Positions 26,796 to 36,985 of a stretch of 64,000 bases of DNA are shown piece by piece (position 1 is the first letter of the stretch; the number at the start of each line of letters is the position of its first letter). This DNA comes from Candidatus Ozemobacteraceae bacterium (GTDB lineage: Bacteria; Muiribacteriota; Ozemobacteria; Ozemobacterales; Ozemobacteraceae), in contig OZ223236.1 of the NCBI GenBank assembly GCA_965140445.1, forward strand, positions 2,848,001-2,912,000, read 5' to 3'. Under the pieces are notes generated by a model. The model made no database searches. It saw only the letters and a program-made list of their open reading frames with translations, and was not told where the DNA came from. The position numbers and the translations under genes were made by a program.

Positions 26796-27466
26796 AAAGA
26801 ATTTCAGGAAAAAAATTAATCATCGCACTTTTAATTATGGTTTCCTCAGCCTTTTATCTTAGCTCATTTAGCAGGAATAAAAGATTGGGGGCTACTGCCG
26901 AATCTGTGAACTCGGGAATTTATTCCTGGGTAATAAATATGGTTAACTTGCAGGAAATTGCTTCCGGTTTTCTGTGGATTCAATTCAATAACGACAGCAT
27001 GAATATGCTTGCGAATTATCATCGACTTCTTGTGACACTTGACACTATTGTGAGTATTGTTCCTGATGATTTTGCAGCATGGAGTTTGAAGAATTTTATG
27101 AGGCTGGATCATGGTAATAAAAAGCCTGATCCTGAAATGAGAAAAAGGGCAATAAATGATTATAAATTATCCTGCAAAATTAACTCTGATGACTGGCGGT
27201 TTTTTCATGATGCTGCACAGGCATTTTATTTTCGGGCTAAAGACCTGGATCTAGCTCTAGAGTATGCGGAAAAAGCTTTTTTGCTCAAAGATCATCCATT
27301 AAAGACAGATGCTCTATATGCGAAAGTATTAGAAGAAAAGGGCTATCTAAATAAAGCTTTGAAAGTTCACCAAAGCATACTGAAGCGTAGTGATATTGGA
27401 GAAAGCAACCGCAAGATAGCTCAAAACAATATAGAAAGAATTTCCAAGGATCTAAAGAATAATTAA
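26765..27466 (+). CDS. Membrane-anchored TPR-like protein (PilG-like position)
   Basis: N-terminal TM, FLWIQ motif, helical repeats; follows the ABC pair. Confidence 0.7.
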   Translation: MEDRAGNNSLKRISGKKLIIALLIMVSSAFYLSSFSRNKRLGATAESVNSGIYSWVINMVNLQEIASGFLWIQFNNDSMNMLANYHRLLVTLDTIVSIVPDDFAAWSLKNFMRLDHGNKKPDPEMRKRAINDYKLSCKINSDDWRFFHDAAQAFYFRAKDLDLALEYAEKAFLLKDHPLKTDALYAKVLEEKGYLNKALKVHQSILKRSDIGESNRKIAQNNIERISKDLKNN

Positions 27467-27538
27467 CTTTTTTTTTAATTTCCATAATGCATATCACCGT
27501 TTGGTTCGATAGGAGAATTAAAACACTCAGGTAGGCAT

Positions 27539-28063
27539 ATGGAAAAGAAGACTTACACTATTTCTCAGATTCAAAAAATTATGGATGAGAACCCTGTAGA
27601 GCTGCAAAAGCTAATCAGGAAAAATAAGAAATACCTAAATATTCAGGTTGTCATTGGCAAAAACGGTGAAAAAGAAAATCTTGTTGATGAGGAATCTTTA
27701 AAGAAATTGCTATTCTTAAGACAACTTGAAACTGGTAGAAATCTGACTTTAGATGAAGCTTTTGAGCAAATGCGACTTCCAGAATTGTTGCCTCGGGTAC
27801 AAAAAACTAACTACTACCAGAAGCTAAATGAATCAATTGAGAACATGCATCATGAAGTCTTAGAGCTTGGAGCTAAATTAAAAACTTTAACTATAAAATA
27901 TTGTCATGCAGTCAACGAACTTGGGAAAAACCGTGCAGTAAACCAAAGCCTGAAAAATGAAATCAGCATTCTCCGTAATCGAGAGGCCGCATTAATGGGC
28001 CAATTACAGAAGAATGCTGAAGACCAGGAAGAAATTTCAGTTTCAAGAAATCTTGTAAACTAA
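27539..28063 (+). CDS. MerR-like HTH plus coiled-coil protein
   Basis: YTISQI...LKKLLFLRQLETGRNLTLDEA followed by heptad repeats. Confidence 0.65.
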   Translation: MEKKTYTISQIQKIMDENPVELQKLIRKNKKYLNIQVVIGKNGEKENLVDEESLKKLLFLRQLETGRNLTLDEAFEQMRLPELLPRVQKTNYYQKLNESIENMHHEVLELGAKLKTLTIKYCHAVNELGKNRAVNQSLKNEISILRNREAALMGQLQKNAEDQEEISVSRNLVN

Positions 28064-28066
28064 TTT

Positions 28067-28762
28067 CTAGTTTTCATTTTTCTCGTCAGTAGATTTATCT
28101 TTCAATTTTTTTATTAAAAGGCCTACTGCTTCCATATGTGTTGCCGGATCTAGTTTCGCAGAAATTTCAGCATGTTTTAATGATGCTTCAATTTCGCCTA
28201 ACTCCAGAAGAGCATTTGCCAGATTAAAATGAGCAAGAGCGTAGTTTGAATCTTCTTTTACAGCTTTTTTATACCAAATTGCCGCTTTGCCGTACATTCT
28301 AAGTGTTGCGTATGCCACGCCGATATTGTTCATAATTTCAACATTACCAGGCTTAAGCTTGATGGATTTTTTCCAAAGATTAATTGCTCTTTGTAAGCGA
28401 CCTTCGTCTCGAGCGATTTGACCGAGATTGAAGAATATTTCTGGATCTTCTGGAGAGTATTTAAGGGCTTTCATCCAGAATTTTCTAGCGTAGTAAAGGT
28501 TACCCTGAAGATAGTGGGCTAAGGCATAGTTGTATAAAAGATCAACGTTTTCAGGGAATTTTTTTAAGCCGTCTTTCCAGATTTTTTTTGCTTTTCCAAG
28601 GAAACCTGTATAGGCATAAGTGTTTCCGTATAATCTAATTGCCAGTGCATCATTTGGATTTTCACTAAGAAAATCTTTTATAAGAGGTCTGGCTTCTTCA
28701 TAATTACCATTGGACATTATATCCTGTATCTTCTTTAAATCTTTTATGATAATGTCTCCCAT
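28067..28762 (-). CDS. TPR protein
   Basis: Repeated P...(Y/F)NLG/NNIG units; AAAGGA RBS before ATG 28762. Confidence 0.88.
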   Translation of the reverse strand: MGDIIIKDLKKIQDIMSNGNYEEARPLIKDFLSENPNDALAIRLYGNTYAYTGFLGKAKKIWKDGLKKFPENVDLLYNYALAHYLQGNLYYARKFWMKALKYSPEDPEIFFNLGQIARDEGRLQRAINLWKKSIKLKPGNVEIMNNIGVAYATLRMYGKAAIWYKKAVKEDSNYALAHFNLANALLELGEIEASLKHAEISAKLDPATHMEAVGLLIKKLKDKSTDEKNEN

Positions 28763-28789
28763 ATTTCTTCCTTTCATTTCTTTCAACAT

Positions 28790-29911
28790 TTATAAAAAAC
28801 CAAAAATTAATCCACTCAAAGCACTAAATAATACTACAAGTGTTAAGAAAATTGCAGCTCTTTTTGCACCAGCTATCGGAATTAAGGCAAGAATACTTGG
28901 CAAACTTACTGCTGGAGCAGATAGTAGCAATGTCATTGCTGGCCCATTATTCATTCCAAAATCCTTAAGAGTGGCAACAATTGTTACACCAACTATAGTT
29001 CCAAAATACATCATGCTCCCAATAATTGAAGAAAGAAGGTTGCCTGAAATATCATTGGAATCAAAATACCGCATGAAATTTGTTAGCGGGAAAAGTGCTG
29101 CAATAACCCCACACAAGAATATTCCACCCAAAACCTTTGGGAAAATCAAAAAGAACAAATCTTTAGATTTTTTTACCCATAAAATGATCTCGGATTTGTA
29201 AAACCATTTTTTACAGGCAATTCCAATTAAAACTATTTCAAAAAAGATTAAAAGCATTCTGGGAATCAATAGTTCAGATTGCACCGCAGTTCCAGTAATT
29301 TTTGAGAGAAGCGGATCTAAAACTCCTGTTGATGTAACCATTACCAAAACTAACAAAGCAAAAAAAGTAAATAACTGTCCATCTGTTCTATCACAATCTT
29401 CTTCCATGATAATCACATCAACTTCTGCTGGTTTTTCAGCCGGTTTGCATAGAATTTTCATTCCAAGGCCAATAGCTATGGCACTGAAAAAAACCAAAAC
29501 CGCACGCATTACCATAAACTTTGTGCCTAGAAGAGTGTAGGTGTAAGTTAATGCAATTAAATTAACTGCAGGGGAAGCCATTAGAAAAGTGAAAGCTGGA
29601 CCAATTCCTGCTCCCTGCTGTAGGATACCAGTAAAAATAGGCAACACTCCACAGGAGCACACTGTCAAAAGCCCACCTGAAACAGCAGCAACCGGGTAAG
29701 AAATCCATGGGTTTGCATCTGACCCCATCAGCCTGGTTATTCTTTGTTTATCAAGAAAAATGCCTATTGCTCCAGCAATGAAAAATGCTGGAATCATTCC
29801 AGAAATTAAGTGGGTGCCAAGGAATTTTCCCGCTTCAGTCAATCCTGGCCATACCCAGGTATCTCGAAGAGGAGCAAGTAAACTGACAAAATACTGAAAA
29901 AACTGTTGCAT
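28790..29911 (-). CDS. ArsP/DUF318 family permease
   Basis: TVCSCGVLP, FLMASPAVN and LLSAPAVSLPS motifs; many TM helices. Confidence 0.88.
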   Translation of the reverse strand: MQQFFQYFVSLLAPLRDTWVWPGLTEAGKFLGTHLISGMIPAFFIAGAIGIFLDKQRITRLMGSDANPWISYPVAAVSGGLLTVCSCGVLPIFTGILQQGAGIGPAFTFLMASPAVNLIALTYTYTLLGTKFMVMRAVLVFFSAIAIGLGMKILCKPAEKPAEVDVIIMEEDCDRTDGQLFTFFALLVLVMVTSTGVLDPLLSKITGTAVQSELLIPRMLLIFFEIVLIGIACKKWFYKSEIILWVKKSKDLFFLIFPKVLGGIFLCGVIAALFPLTNFMRYFDSNDISGNLLSSIIGSMMYFGTIVGVTIVATLKDFGMNNGPAMTLLLSAPAVSLPSILALIPIAGAKRAAIFLTLVVLFSALSGLIFGFL

Positions 29912-29961
29912 ATAAATCTACCTTTTGTCGTTATTCCTAGCTATTTCTCTGTGGTTTATCT

Positions 29962-30219
29962 CTATTTTCCCAGTTCTCTTTTTATCCAGGATTCAACCTT
30001 TTCTTTTATTACTGGTTTCCCCATTGAGTATATTTTTTTTCCAATGGCTACAACCGGTGTGGTAATGATCCCAAAAGCTTTGGCTTCTTCTGTTCCGTTT
30101 ATTATAATTCTAAACTCTACGTCTTCGGGAAACTTTTTTGAGATTTCATTGACTATAAGTTCAGTTTCACTGCAGGAAGCGCATTTGGTGGGACTTTTTA
30201 TTACTGTTACCTGAATCAT
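29962..30219 (-). CDS. Small thioredoxin-family (MTH895/ArsE-like) protein
   Basis: CASC and FGIITTPVVAI motifs; ATGA overlap with the upstream gene. Confidence 0.85.
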   Translation of the reverse strand: MIQVTVIKSPTKCASCSETELIVNEISKKFPEDVEFRIIINGTEEAKAFGIITTPVVAIGKKIYSMGKPVIKEKVESWIKRELGK

Positions 30220-30995
30220 TTCTTTTCTCCTTCTAAATCTTTTTTTGATGCTGGAAACCACTCCTGCATTAGAATGTGAGATCTCATTTCTTCAAAATCC
30301 AATTTAATGGCATCGATTATTTCTGATAATGTTTTTGAGTTTTGAGGATAGCCGTTTAATGCTTCAGTTAAACTTGCGATGTCATTTTCAGCTCTTACTT
30401 TTGCAATTTGACCAGATTCTGGAAGAAAAGCTACAAATTTTTGAAGATTTGCTTTTAAATCCTTGAGGGAAGCTTTTAAAGCTGGAATGTCTTTTCGTAA
30501 TTCCATTTGCTCCATACGAGTTAAATTCGTGCTGGCTTCAATGAAAAGTTGTTTTTCATCGCTAACTCCAAATGCTTCAAAGAATTGACCTATTCTTCCA
30601 CTAAGATCTAATACCATGTCGTGGGCATCGTGAAACTTACCCGTATTAACCAGCTTTCTGATTTGTCCTATGGATTGCCCGGTGTTTCGCATTTTAGTTG
30701 CCCAGTTTGCGTCATTTTTGGCTTCTGGTGGTGGATTATTAGAGTATTTCTTGGTAAATCCAAGCCAGCTTTCCATCACATTTTTCACCAGCACGTCAAA
30801 TTGAGTTTGTTCATTGTTATTTAAGGCCAGCCCTAATGCAGTAAGATTTGTTGCAAAGTTTCTAATTACCTTGGAAAATTCACTGTTAGGATCTTTGGAG
30901 GTCAGTAACATTACAAGAGTGTCATCACACGCAAAACAGCTATTAAGAGGAAGAATAAAAGAAACGAGAATCATAAGTAATAAAAACTTTTTCAT
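30216..30995 (-). CDS. Secreted helical-bundle hypothetical protein
   Basis: Signal peptide (CFA|CDD), predicted all-alpha, HDAHD motif. Confidence 0.75.
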   Translation of the reverse strand: MKKFLLLMILVSFILPLNSCFACDDTLVMLLTSKDPNSEFSKVIRNFATNLTALGLALNNNEQTQFDVLVKNVMESWLGFTKKYSNNPPPEAKNDANWATKMRNTGQSIGQIRKLVNTGKFHDAHDMVLDLSGRIGQFFEAFGVSDEKQLFIEASTNLTRMEQMELRKDIPALKASLKDLKANLQKFVAFLPESGQIAKVRAENDIASLTEALNGYPQNSKTLSEIIDAIKLDFEEMRSHILMQEWFPASKKDLEGEKK

Positions 30996-32071
30996 TTAAT
31001 CTTTGCTCCCTCTAAAAGTGAATACCCTCGAACTAATCCCAGGGGACCTGCCATCATCATATCTCCCGCAGGCGCTGCTTCTATATAATCGCCTATTTCA
31101 GCATTCTTTGCAAGATATCTGTTGGGTCCTGTTACTACTGTTGCGGAAAGCTGGGAGTATTGAATAGGGCTAAAGGTATGGCATCCATGACCGCCATCGC
31201 TATAGATTTCCTCAAATTGAAGTTGGCCTTCAGAGAGGCGTTTTAGGTAATCCCCAACTCGCGCGGTGTTTTCTTTCAGCATGCTGGTGTGGTGCTCAAA
31301 GAAAGACAAAATCTTCTCACCTTCCATTATGCAGGCCATGGTGTGGCCGTTGCCAAAATTGATAAACAAAATAGGCCCTTCAAGGTTAATGATTTGTGGG
31401 TCAAGACGAGCTCCAAGAAGGGCTGAAACACAGGTGTCCATTAAAATTATTTTCATTTCTGGATGACTTTTCTGGATGCAGCTTTGAGCGGAGTAGAGTC
31501 GTTGGAAATGCTTTGGAACAGTTGTATCCATAAAAATCAAATTTCTTATATCCGGTTCAGGAGAGAGTTTTTCTAAGAAATATTCAAAGCGTTTTTTGCG
31601 TGAGGAGGCACCGTGGGAGTGGATTCCATGATCCTGAGCGGAAACGCCTATTACAGAAATCTGGTTCTGGTCAAAACCTATTTTTTCAAGTATCGAAAAA
31701 TATAATGGAAGTTCTATTTCATCAAAATACAAGTCGGGGTTACTAATGTCATTTTGAAGCTGGACCCCAATCCTGGAAACATCCTGTAGATTATTTCTAA
31801 AAGTGTAAGCGGGCAAGGTTTCGGTAAATACATTAAAACCCCTGGAAATATGATTTTTTACCGCCGAAACAACTTTTCCTCCGCCGATTGTGTAGCCCCC
31901 AATGGAAATATCCCTGTTTTGTGAAGAGATTGTTCTGGAATAATTCAGGGCTGGTGTAGGAACGACAAACTTAATCATGTTCTCAAAATTTTTATTTGGT
32001 TCAAAGAGCATGATGTCTTTGGTTCCTGTGCCGATATCCATGGCCAGGATCGTTTCTTTTAGCTGATTCAA
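30992..32071 (-). CDS. DUF1786 family protein
   Basis: DIGTGTKDI, AQDHG, NFGNGHT, FEHHT, DGGHG and APAGDMMMAG motifs. Confidence 0.85.
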   Translation of the reverse strand: MNQLKETILAMDIGTGTKDIMLFEPNKNFENMIKFVVPTPALNYSRTISSQNRDISIGGYTIGGGKVVSAVKNHISRGFNVFTETLPAYTFRNNLQDVSRIGVQLQNDISNPDLYFDEIELPLYFSILEKIGFDQNQISVIGVSAQDHGIHSHGASSRKKRFEYFLEKLSPEPDIRNLIFMDTTVPKHFQRLYSAQSCIQKSHPEMKIILMDTCVSALLGARLDPQIINLEGPILFINFGNGHTMACIMEGEKILSFFEHHTSMLKENTARVGDYLKRLSEGQLQFEEIYSDGGHGCHTFSPIQYSQLSATVVTGPNRYLAKNAEIGDYIEAAPAGDMMMAGPLGLVRGYSLLEGAKIK

Positions 32072-32072
32072 A

Positions 32073-33314
32073 TCAATTCCTTATAACCCAGCAATCTACA
32101 ATTTCACCTTTTTCTAAATTGGCTTTTGATTCGGGGTGTAAAAAGAGAATCTCAGCTCCGGTAATAGAACTGAGCATATGCGATGCCTGGCTCGCTAATG
32201 AAGACACATACGATTCACCATTCTGTTCAACTATTGTTCCTCGTTTAAAAAAATCTCTACCAGATTTATTCGAGCATTTTTCCAGTATGGGGAGCTTGAG
32301 TCTTAGGCGATGGGGATTTGCGCAAGAAAGAGCTTTTCTTATAAAAGGTCTAACAAAAAGCTCAAAGGTTACAGATGTGGAAACCTGATTTCCAGGCAAA
32401 CCAAAAATCGGGGTATTCTTTAAATGGCCGAAAAAGAAAGGCTTTCCTGGTTTCATTTTCACACCATAAATTTCAGCTTCTACCCCTAACTCTGTGAAAG
32501 CTATTTTAAAAGGGTCTTGCCTTCCCATTGAAATTCCACCGCTTGTTACAATAATGTCGCATATTTTGGCAGCATCACTTAAAAGTGTAAAAGCGCTATT
32601 GTCATCATCCCGGGCTATTCCAAGGTCTATAGGAGTAGCCCCGGCTTCAATTATTTGTTGAATAAGCATTATTGAATTAGAGTTTCTTACCTGATGATTT
32701 TTGGGAATTTCAAAAGGCATAACCAGCTCATTGCCACTGGTAAGAATTCCGACCACAGGTTTTTTGAAAACCTTAACGGCTGTGAGTCCGCAGGAAGCAA
32801 TTGTTGCAATTACATGAGGAGTTGCAACCGTGCCTGATTTAATAAGGGTTTCTCCCTTTGAATATTCTTCCGATTTTTTCCGAATGAAGCTCCCGGTTTT
32901 AACGGGTTTGAAGAAAGTAATGTTTGCATCATCAGTGGACGAATTTGTATCTTCAATTTTTACTACAGCATTTGCGCCATCTGGCAGGATCCCACCAGTC
33001 GCAATATAGCAACAATGACCTTTTGGTAGTGAATCAGGAATATTACCAGCATCAATGCCATTTATGGTTGGAAGGGTAATTGGATTGTCTGAAGAAGCAT
33101 GCTCAATTGCTGATGCTTCAAGGCAAAAGCCATCCATGGAGGAATTGTCCGATATGGGAGAGTCTAGTGTTGCTTTTATGTCCTGTGCAATGACCCTATT
33201 TAGGCTTTCTGCAGGAGAGATCGTTTCTGTGGCCTGATCCTTAACGTATTGTGAGCTTAAAATTATTGCCAACGCTTCAGCAAAGTTCACTGGTTTTAAC
33301 TGTAGTTTTTTCAT
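32073..33314 (-). CDS. moeA: Molybdopterin molybdotransferase (second paralog)
   Basis: SSMDGF, IATGG, SGNEL, TSGGIS, MKPGKP and LPGNQVS motifs. Confidence 0.93.
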   Translation of the reverse strand: MKKLQLKPVNFAEALAIILSSQYVKDQATETISPAESLNRVIAQDIKATLDSPISDNSSMDGFCLEASAIEHASSDNPITLPTINGIDAGNIPDSLPKGHCCYIATGGILPDGANAVVKIEDTNSSTDDANITFFKPVKTGSFIRKKSEEYSKGETLIKSGTVATPHVIATIASCGLTAVKVFKKPVVGILTSGNELVMPFEIPKNHQVRNSNSIMLIQQIIEAGATPIDLGIARDDDNSAFTLLSDAAKICDIIVTSGGISMGRQDPFKIAFTELGVEAEIYGVKMKPGKPFFFGHLKNTPIFGLPGNQVSTSVTFELFVRPFIRKALSCANPHRLRLKLPILEKCSNKSGRDFFKRGTIVEQNGESYVSSLASQASHMLSSITGAEILFLHPESKANLEKGEIVDCWVIRN

Positions 33315-33368
33315 GATCTCATTTTATCATACCAAAATGGCAAAGCCAATTTGAAAGAGATACTTTGT

Positions 33369-35312
33369 TTAAAAACTAATTTCTAATAAAACCGGGCGAT
33401 TTCTGAGATTTTTAAATTGGGAGATCCGGTCGTCGGGTATATTGTTATTGAATTCAATAACATCCCCAATCAGGTTTAAAGTGTTTTTTCCGGAAAACTT
33501 TATGATTTGCGCTTTACCATTAGGTTTTAGAGCCTGGTAAAGTTCAGATAACTTGAATTCTGAAGAAAAGAAGGGCTCACATGGTCCAATTGAATCTATA
33601 TCCGTGGTTTTTGGTGATGAAGGAGCAAGGCTTTTCAGCTTTAGGGAAGTGTGTATCATGCTTTCAAGGCTATGGATGATTTTAGCCTCGTCCTCGTGGT
33701 TTCTGACTTCTGGTGATGCAGTTTTTAGGTAGAAGTAAAAAGGAATCATCAAAGATTCGAGCTGAAGAAGGTTTTCCCTTTGTTTTGAGGTTGAAAAATG
33801 CTTTTGTCCGGCAATTCTAGCTTTAATTTCCGTTATTAGAGCATTTGAATTGTAGTTAGACATTTTTATTTCATTTATCAGTTCCTCCCAGAAACTTTGT
33901 GGAGAAAGAAAAACTCTGCCTTTCGCAAAACCAAAAATAGAAAGGTTTACCTGATCAGTAACCAGGAAATATCTCTTTCCAATTTCTTTAATAGAAGGAT
34001 TACTGATTGATGAAATTTTATTTTGCAACTGCCTGTCTGGGAATATTTCGATTTTATGGGTGTTTGGCAAAGAAACAAGTTGTTTCTTTTCATGTTTTAT
34101 ATCTTCTGGCTTGAAAAGAACAATTGGGCTTTTATCAGAAAACAATGAATTAACAAATTCTATTTTTGTTCCATTGTAAATATCTCCCAGAACCTTTTTA
34201 AAGTGATTTTTGGGTGAATCCCAGATTGGAATAGTTGTAACATAGTCATCGCTTAAAATTCCGTCATTGTTTGGTAACCAGATTTTGACTCTTTGAGGTT
34301 TGTCGGCAAGTATTCCTTTTGGAAGTGGAATTACAACTCTTCCTTGTCTAACTGGCAATTCTGAAGCATATAGCAGTCTATGATTTTGCCACAATTCAAT
34401 CTGATAAAGAGTTGAGTCTGGGCAATCATAAGAAATTGTTGTTTGGAATGGCTCTGTTTTAACTTCCTTTATAAAGTTATAGTCTTTGCTATTTGATACT
34501 TTAAGATTGAAATCAAAGTTCTCTATTGTTTCCGAAAAGTTTTCTTCTGAATAGCTCGTTCCTGGGATTAAGCTACTTGGCGTGATGTTATCCATTCTAA
34601 TTGATAGCGGATTCGGGGATTTAAAAACTGGAATTTCATAAGAAATCTCTCCAGCAGCAGATTTGAATTCCACAAAAAACATTTTATTTTCGATACTTTT
34701 ATGAATGAATGTATTAAATTCGACTTTGCCAAAAGCGGATGAAACAAGAATTCTATTTATCAGATCAACTTTTTGGTCTGTCGAAAAAATGGTTCTCAAC
34801 GGGAAGTTAAAAGCTGGCTTGCCACTTATGCGATCATAAGCATAAACAGACATTTTTAACTCTTCATCAGAAAAGGTCGGGTAGGGTAATTGTCCTGGGA
34901 GAATAACCACATTTTTCTTTGAAATAAAGCTGGCTTTGCAAATTGGGTAATATAAATTTTTGACCGGAAATATTTTAATTTGAAATTTGGTTAACTCATT
35001 TGATGGAATTTGAATCTGTCCAACAAAGACCCCTTTTGAACGACGAGTAAGGTCTCCTTGTTGTATTAGAACATCAGAGTCGTCATCTGGAGTTACCTTT
35101 AAAAGCATAGTAAATCCAGGATCAAAGGGCTTGTTTTCTTTATCCAGAAAATAAAATACGATATTTTGCAGACTACCGGGAACTGGCACGGTGTCAGTTG
35201 AAACTATGATTTTTGTTCCATTAGGAAGTCTTTCACCTGCAGATAAGAGGTAGAAAAGAATTAAAAGGGCGAAAACCCCAATGGCTAACTTCTTAATAGT
35301 ATTGAATTCCAT
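33369..35312 (-). CDS. Hypothetical membrane-anchored protein
   Basis: 647-aa ORF with an N-terminal TM and beta-rich N-terminal half; no family recognised. Confidence 0.7.
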   Translation of the reverse strand: MEFNTIKKLAIGVFALLILFYLLSAGERLPNGTKIIVSTDTVPVPGSLQNIVFYFLDKENKPFDPGFTMLLKVTPDDDSDVLIQQGDLTRRSKGVFVGQIQIPSNELTKFQIKIFPVKNLYYPICKASFISKKNVVILPGQLPYPTFSDEELKMSVYAYDRISGKPAFNFPLRTIFSTDQKVDLINRILVSSAFGKVEFNTFIHKSIENKMFFVEFKSAAGEISYEIPVFKSPNPLSIRMDNITPSSLIPGTSYSEENFSETIENFDFNLKVSNSKDYNFIKEVKTEPFQTTISYDCPDSTLYQIELWQNHRLLYASELPVRQGRVVIPLPKGILADKPQRVKIWLPNNDGILSDDYVTTIPIWDSPKNHFKKVLGDIYNGTKIEFVNSLFSDKSPIVLFKPEDIKHEKKQLVSLPNTHKIEIFPDRQLQNKISSISNPSIKEIGKRYFLVTDQVNLSIFGFAKGRVFLSPQSFWEELINEIKMSNYNSNALITEIKARIAGQKHFSTSKQRENLLQLESLMIPFYFYLKTASPEVRNHEDEAKIIHSLESMIHTSLKLKSLAPSSPKTTDIDSIGPCEPFFSSEFKLSELYQALKPNGKAQIIKFSGKNTLNLIGDVIEFNNNIPDDRISQFKNLRNRPVLLEISF

Positions 35313-35421
35313 AAGTTTGGGAAAATTAGCATTGAAAAATCATAATGTCAATGAAACAGGCTTTGGTTTGGGTAGAATAATGGAATATGGCCTGGAAAAT
35401 GATCATTGTGTGTCATTGAAT

Positions 35422-35715
35422 CTATGAAACTTCTGCTTCTTTATAACGGAAAATAATGCTTACTAAAAATAAAATTAAAGAAGCAATCAGGAAAATTGGG
35501 ACAACAAATACAGAAAGTGAATAAAACACGAAGTAAGCCATTCCGAGTATGTCTAAATAATTGCCGGAAGTCGTTCCCGTAATAAAGCTGGTGTATTGCC
35601 GTAATCCGGCGAGGTGTAGAAAGGCAAAGCTGAAAAGGATAATTAAGGACCTATATATTAAGCCCCAGATAGAGAATATGCTGGTTTTAAAAGGATTTGG
35701 AAAATTAGTTTTCAT
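35422..35715 (-). CDS. Small membrane protein (97 aa)
   Basis: AAGGAG RBS before ATG 35715 (MKTNFPN), overlapping the upstream gene's end; hydrophobic. Confidence 0.75.
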   Translation of the reverse strand: MKTNFPNPFKTSIFSIWGLIYRSLIILFSFAFLHLAGLRQYTSFITGTTSGNYLDILGMAYFVFYSLSVFVVPIFLIASLILFLVSIIFRYKEAEVS

Positions 35716-36910
35716 TTTTTTCTCCTTGCAAAACCTTTTCCCATGCTGGGCCTTGCGTAATAGAGTATAGGAGAACGGAGTCACCAACCGCGTTACTTGC
35801 ACAATATTTAATTTCATCCTTAGTTCTAACTGGAAAAGCGCCAAGTTCCAGCGATTTATAAAGTTGTGCAAGGTATTCTCTATCGTTAAAAGATGCGGCA
35901 CCAAGAAAGGCAAGTCCCGTAGAGCCGGCGGACAAATTTATAATTGGAATAATTGGGCCAGAATCTACGTCATCATGGCCTACTCCTCCAGGCCATTCAT
36001 AGGCATAACCAAAACCCAGGAAACTTGCCTGAAGATGTTTTTTAGCCTTCAAATACTGATCCTCTGCAAATTCCGGGTCTATAATTTTTAAACAATGGGA
36101 TACCAGCCAGATCGTGCTTCCCTCAGGTCCGTCTGAAATTGATTTTCCAGATAAATCAAATGCGGAAACTAGAATTCCTGTTTTTTTATCTATAAGGTTC
36201 TCTTTTGCTGATTTAATCCAATTTTTGAGAAACTCAGAATTGTCTGTGTGGTCTAAAAAATCGCCTATTTTAATCGCTGCAAGAGCAATGCTGTTACAGA
36301 ACAACCAGCATTCGTCAGGGTAGCTTTCTGCACACAATACAGGATTTACTTCCATTCTGGAAACCATGGTTTCAATTTTGCTGCGCAGGAGTTCCTTGTA
36401 TTCTTGTTTTTCTTCTACTAGCCTTCTTAGGGCGAGCATAAGAGCAATTTCTCCGTCAAGAAAAATTGAGCGTTCTGGTTTTTGCTTAAACGGTAAATTT
36501 TTAGCATATGGCATCAGGAAAAAATATATTCCGTATTTTTTTTCTAAGCTTAGGGTTTCATCAATAATGCTATCCATTATCGGGAGAATGGTTTTCGCTC
36601 TTGCTGGTTCTCTTAGAGCCATGTTGCCCAGGGACCAAACAAAGAAGCAGCGACCCATAAAATCCCATTCTGCATTTCTGGAGCGCATTTTGTCCAGTTC
36701 AAGTTGGCGCAATTCTGGATTAGTCCAGAAATTGATGTATCTATTTGCTATCAACTGGCCCTTAGGAGCGATTATTTTTCCGGATATATAATTGGATTCT
36801 GGCTGAGAAAATAAACTTGAGGCATTGGGTAACCAGATTATTGAAGCCAAAATAAGGGCCAGGAGAGCGACGATTCTGGGTTTCTCTATAAGTTTTTTGA
36901 AAAAATTCAT
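35705..36910 (-). CDS. Linalool dehydratase/isomerase-like (alpha/alpha)6-barrel protein
   Basis: Signal/TM; EWDFM, ESYPDECWLFCNS, EGS and D-DSGP motifs. Confidence 0.6.
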   Translation of the reverse strand: MNFFKKLIEKPRIVALLALILASIIWLPNASSLFSQPESNYISGKIIAPKGQLIANRYINFWTNPELRQLELDKMRSRNAEWDFMGRCFFVWSLGNMALREPARAKTILPIMDSIIDETLSLEKKYGIYFFLMPYAKNLPFKQKPERSIFLDGEIALMLALRRLVEEKQEYKELLRSKIETMVSRMEVNPVLCAESYPDECWLFCNSIALAAIKIGDFLDHTDNSEFLKNWIKSAKENLIDKKTGILVSAFDLSGKSISDGPEGSTIWLVSHCLKIIDPEFAEDQYLKAKKHLQASFLGFGYAYEWPGGVGHDDVDSGPIIPIINLSAGSTGLAFLGAASFNDREYLAQLYKSLELGAFPVRTKDEIKYCASNAVGDSVLLYSITQGPAWEKVLQGEKNEN

Positions 36911-36985
36911 AATTTATTTTGTTTCCATATTTAGTTGTAACAAACATATTAATTGAAAACTGTTAAATATAGAATGTCTTTAAAT

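Noticed and set aside
29962..30219. Selenocysteine in the thioredoxin/ArsP pair
   Set aside because: The redox motif is CASC with Cys codons, and I saw no in-frame TGA read-through candidate.
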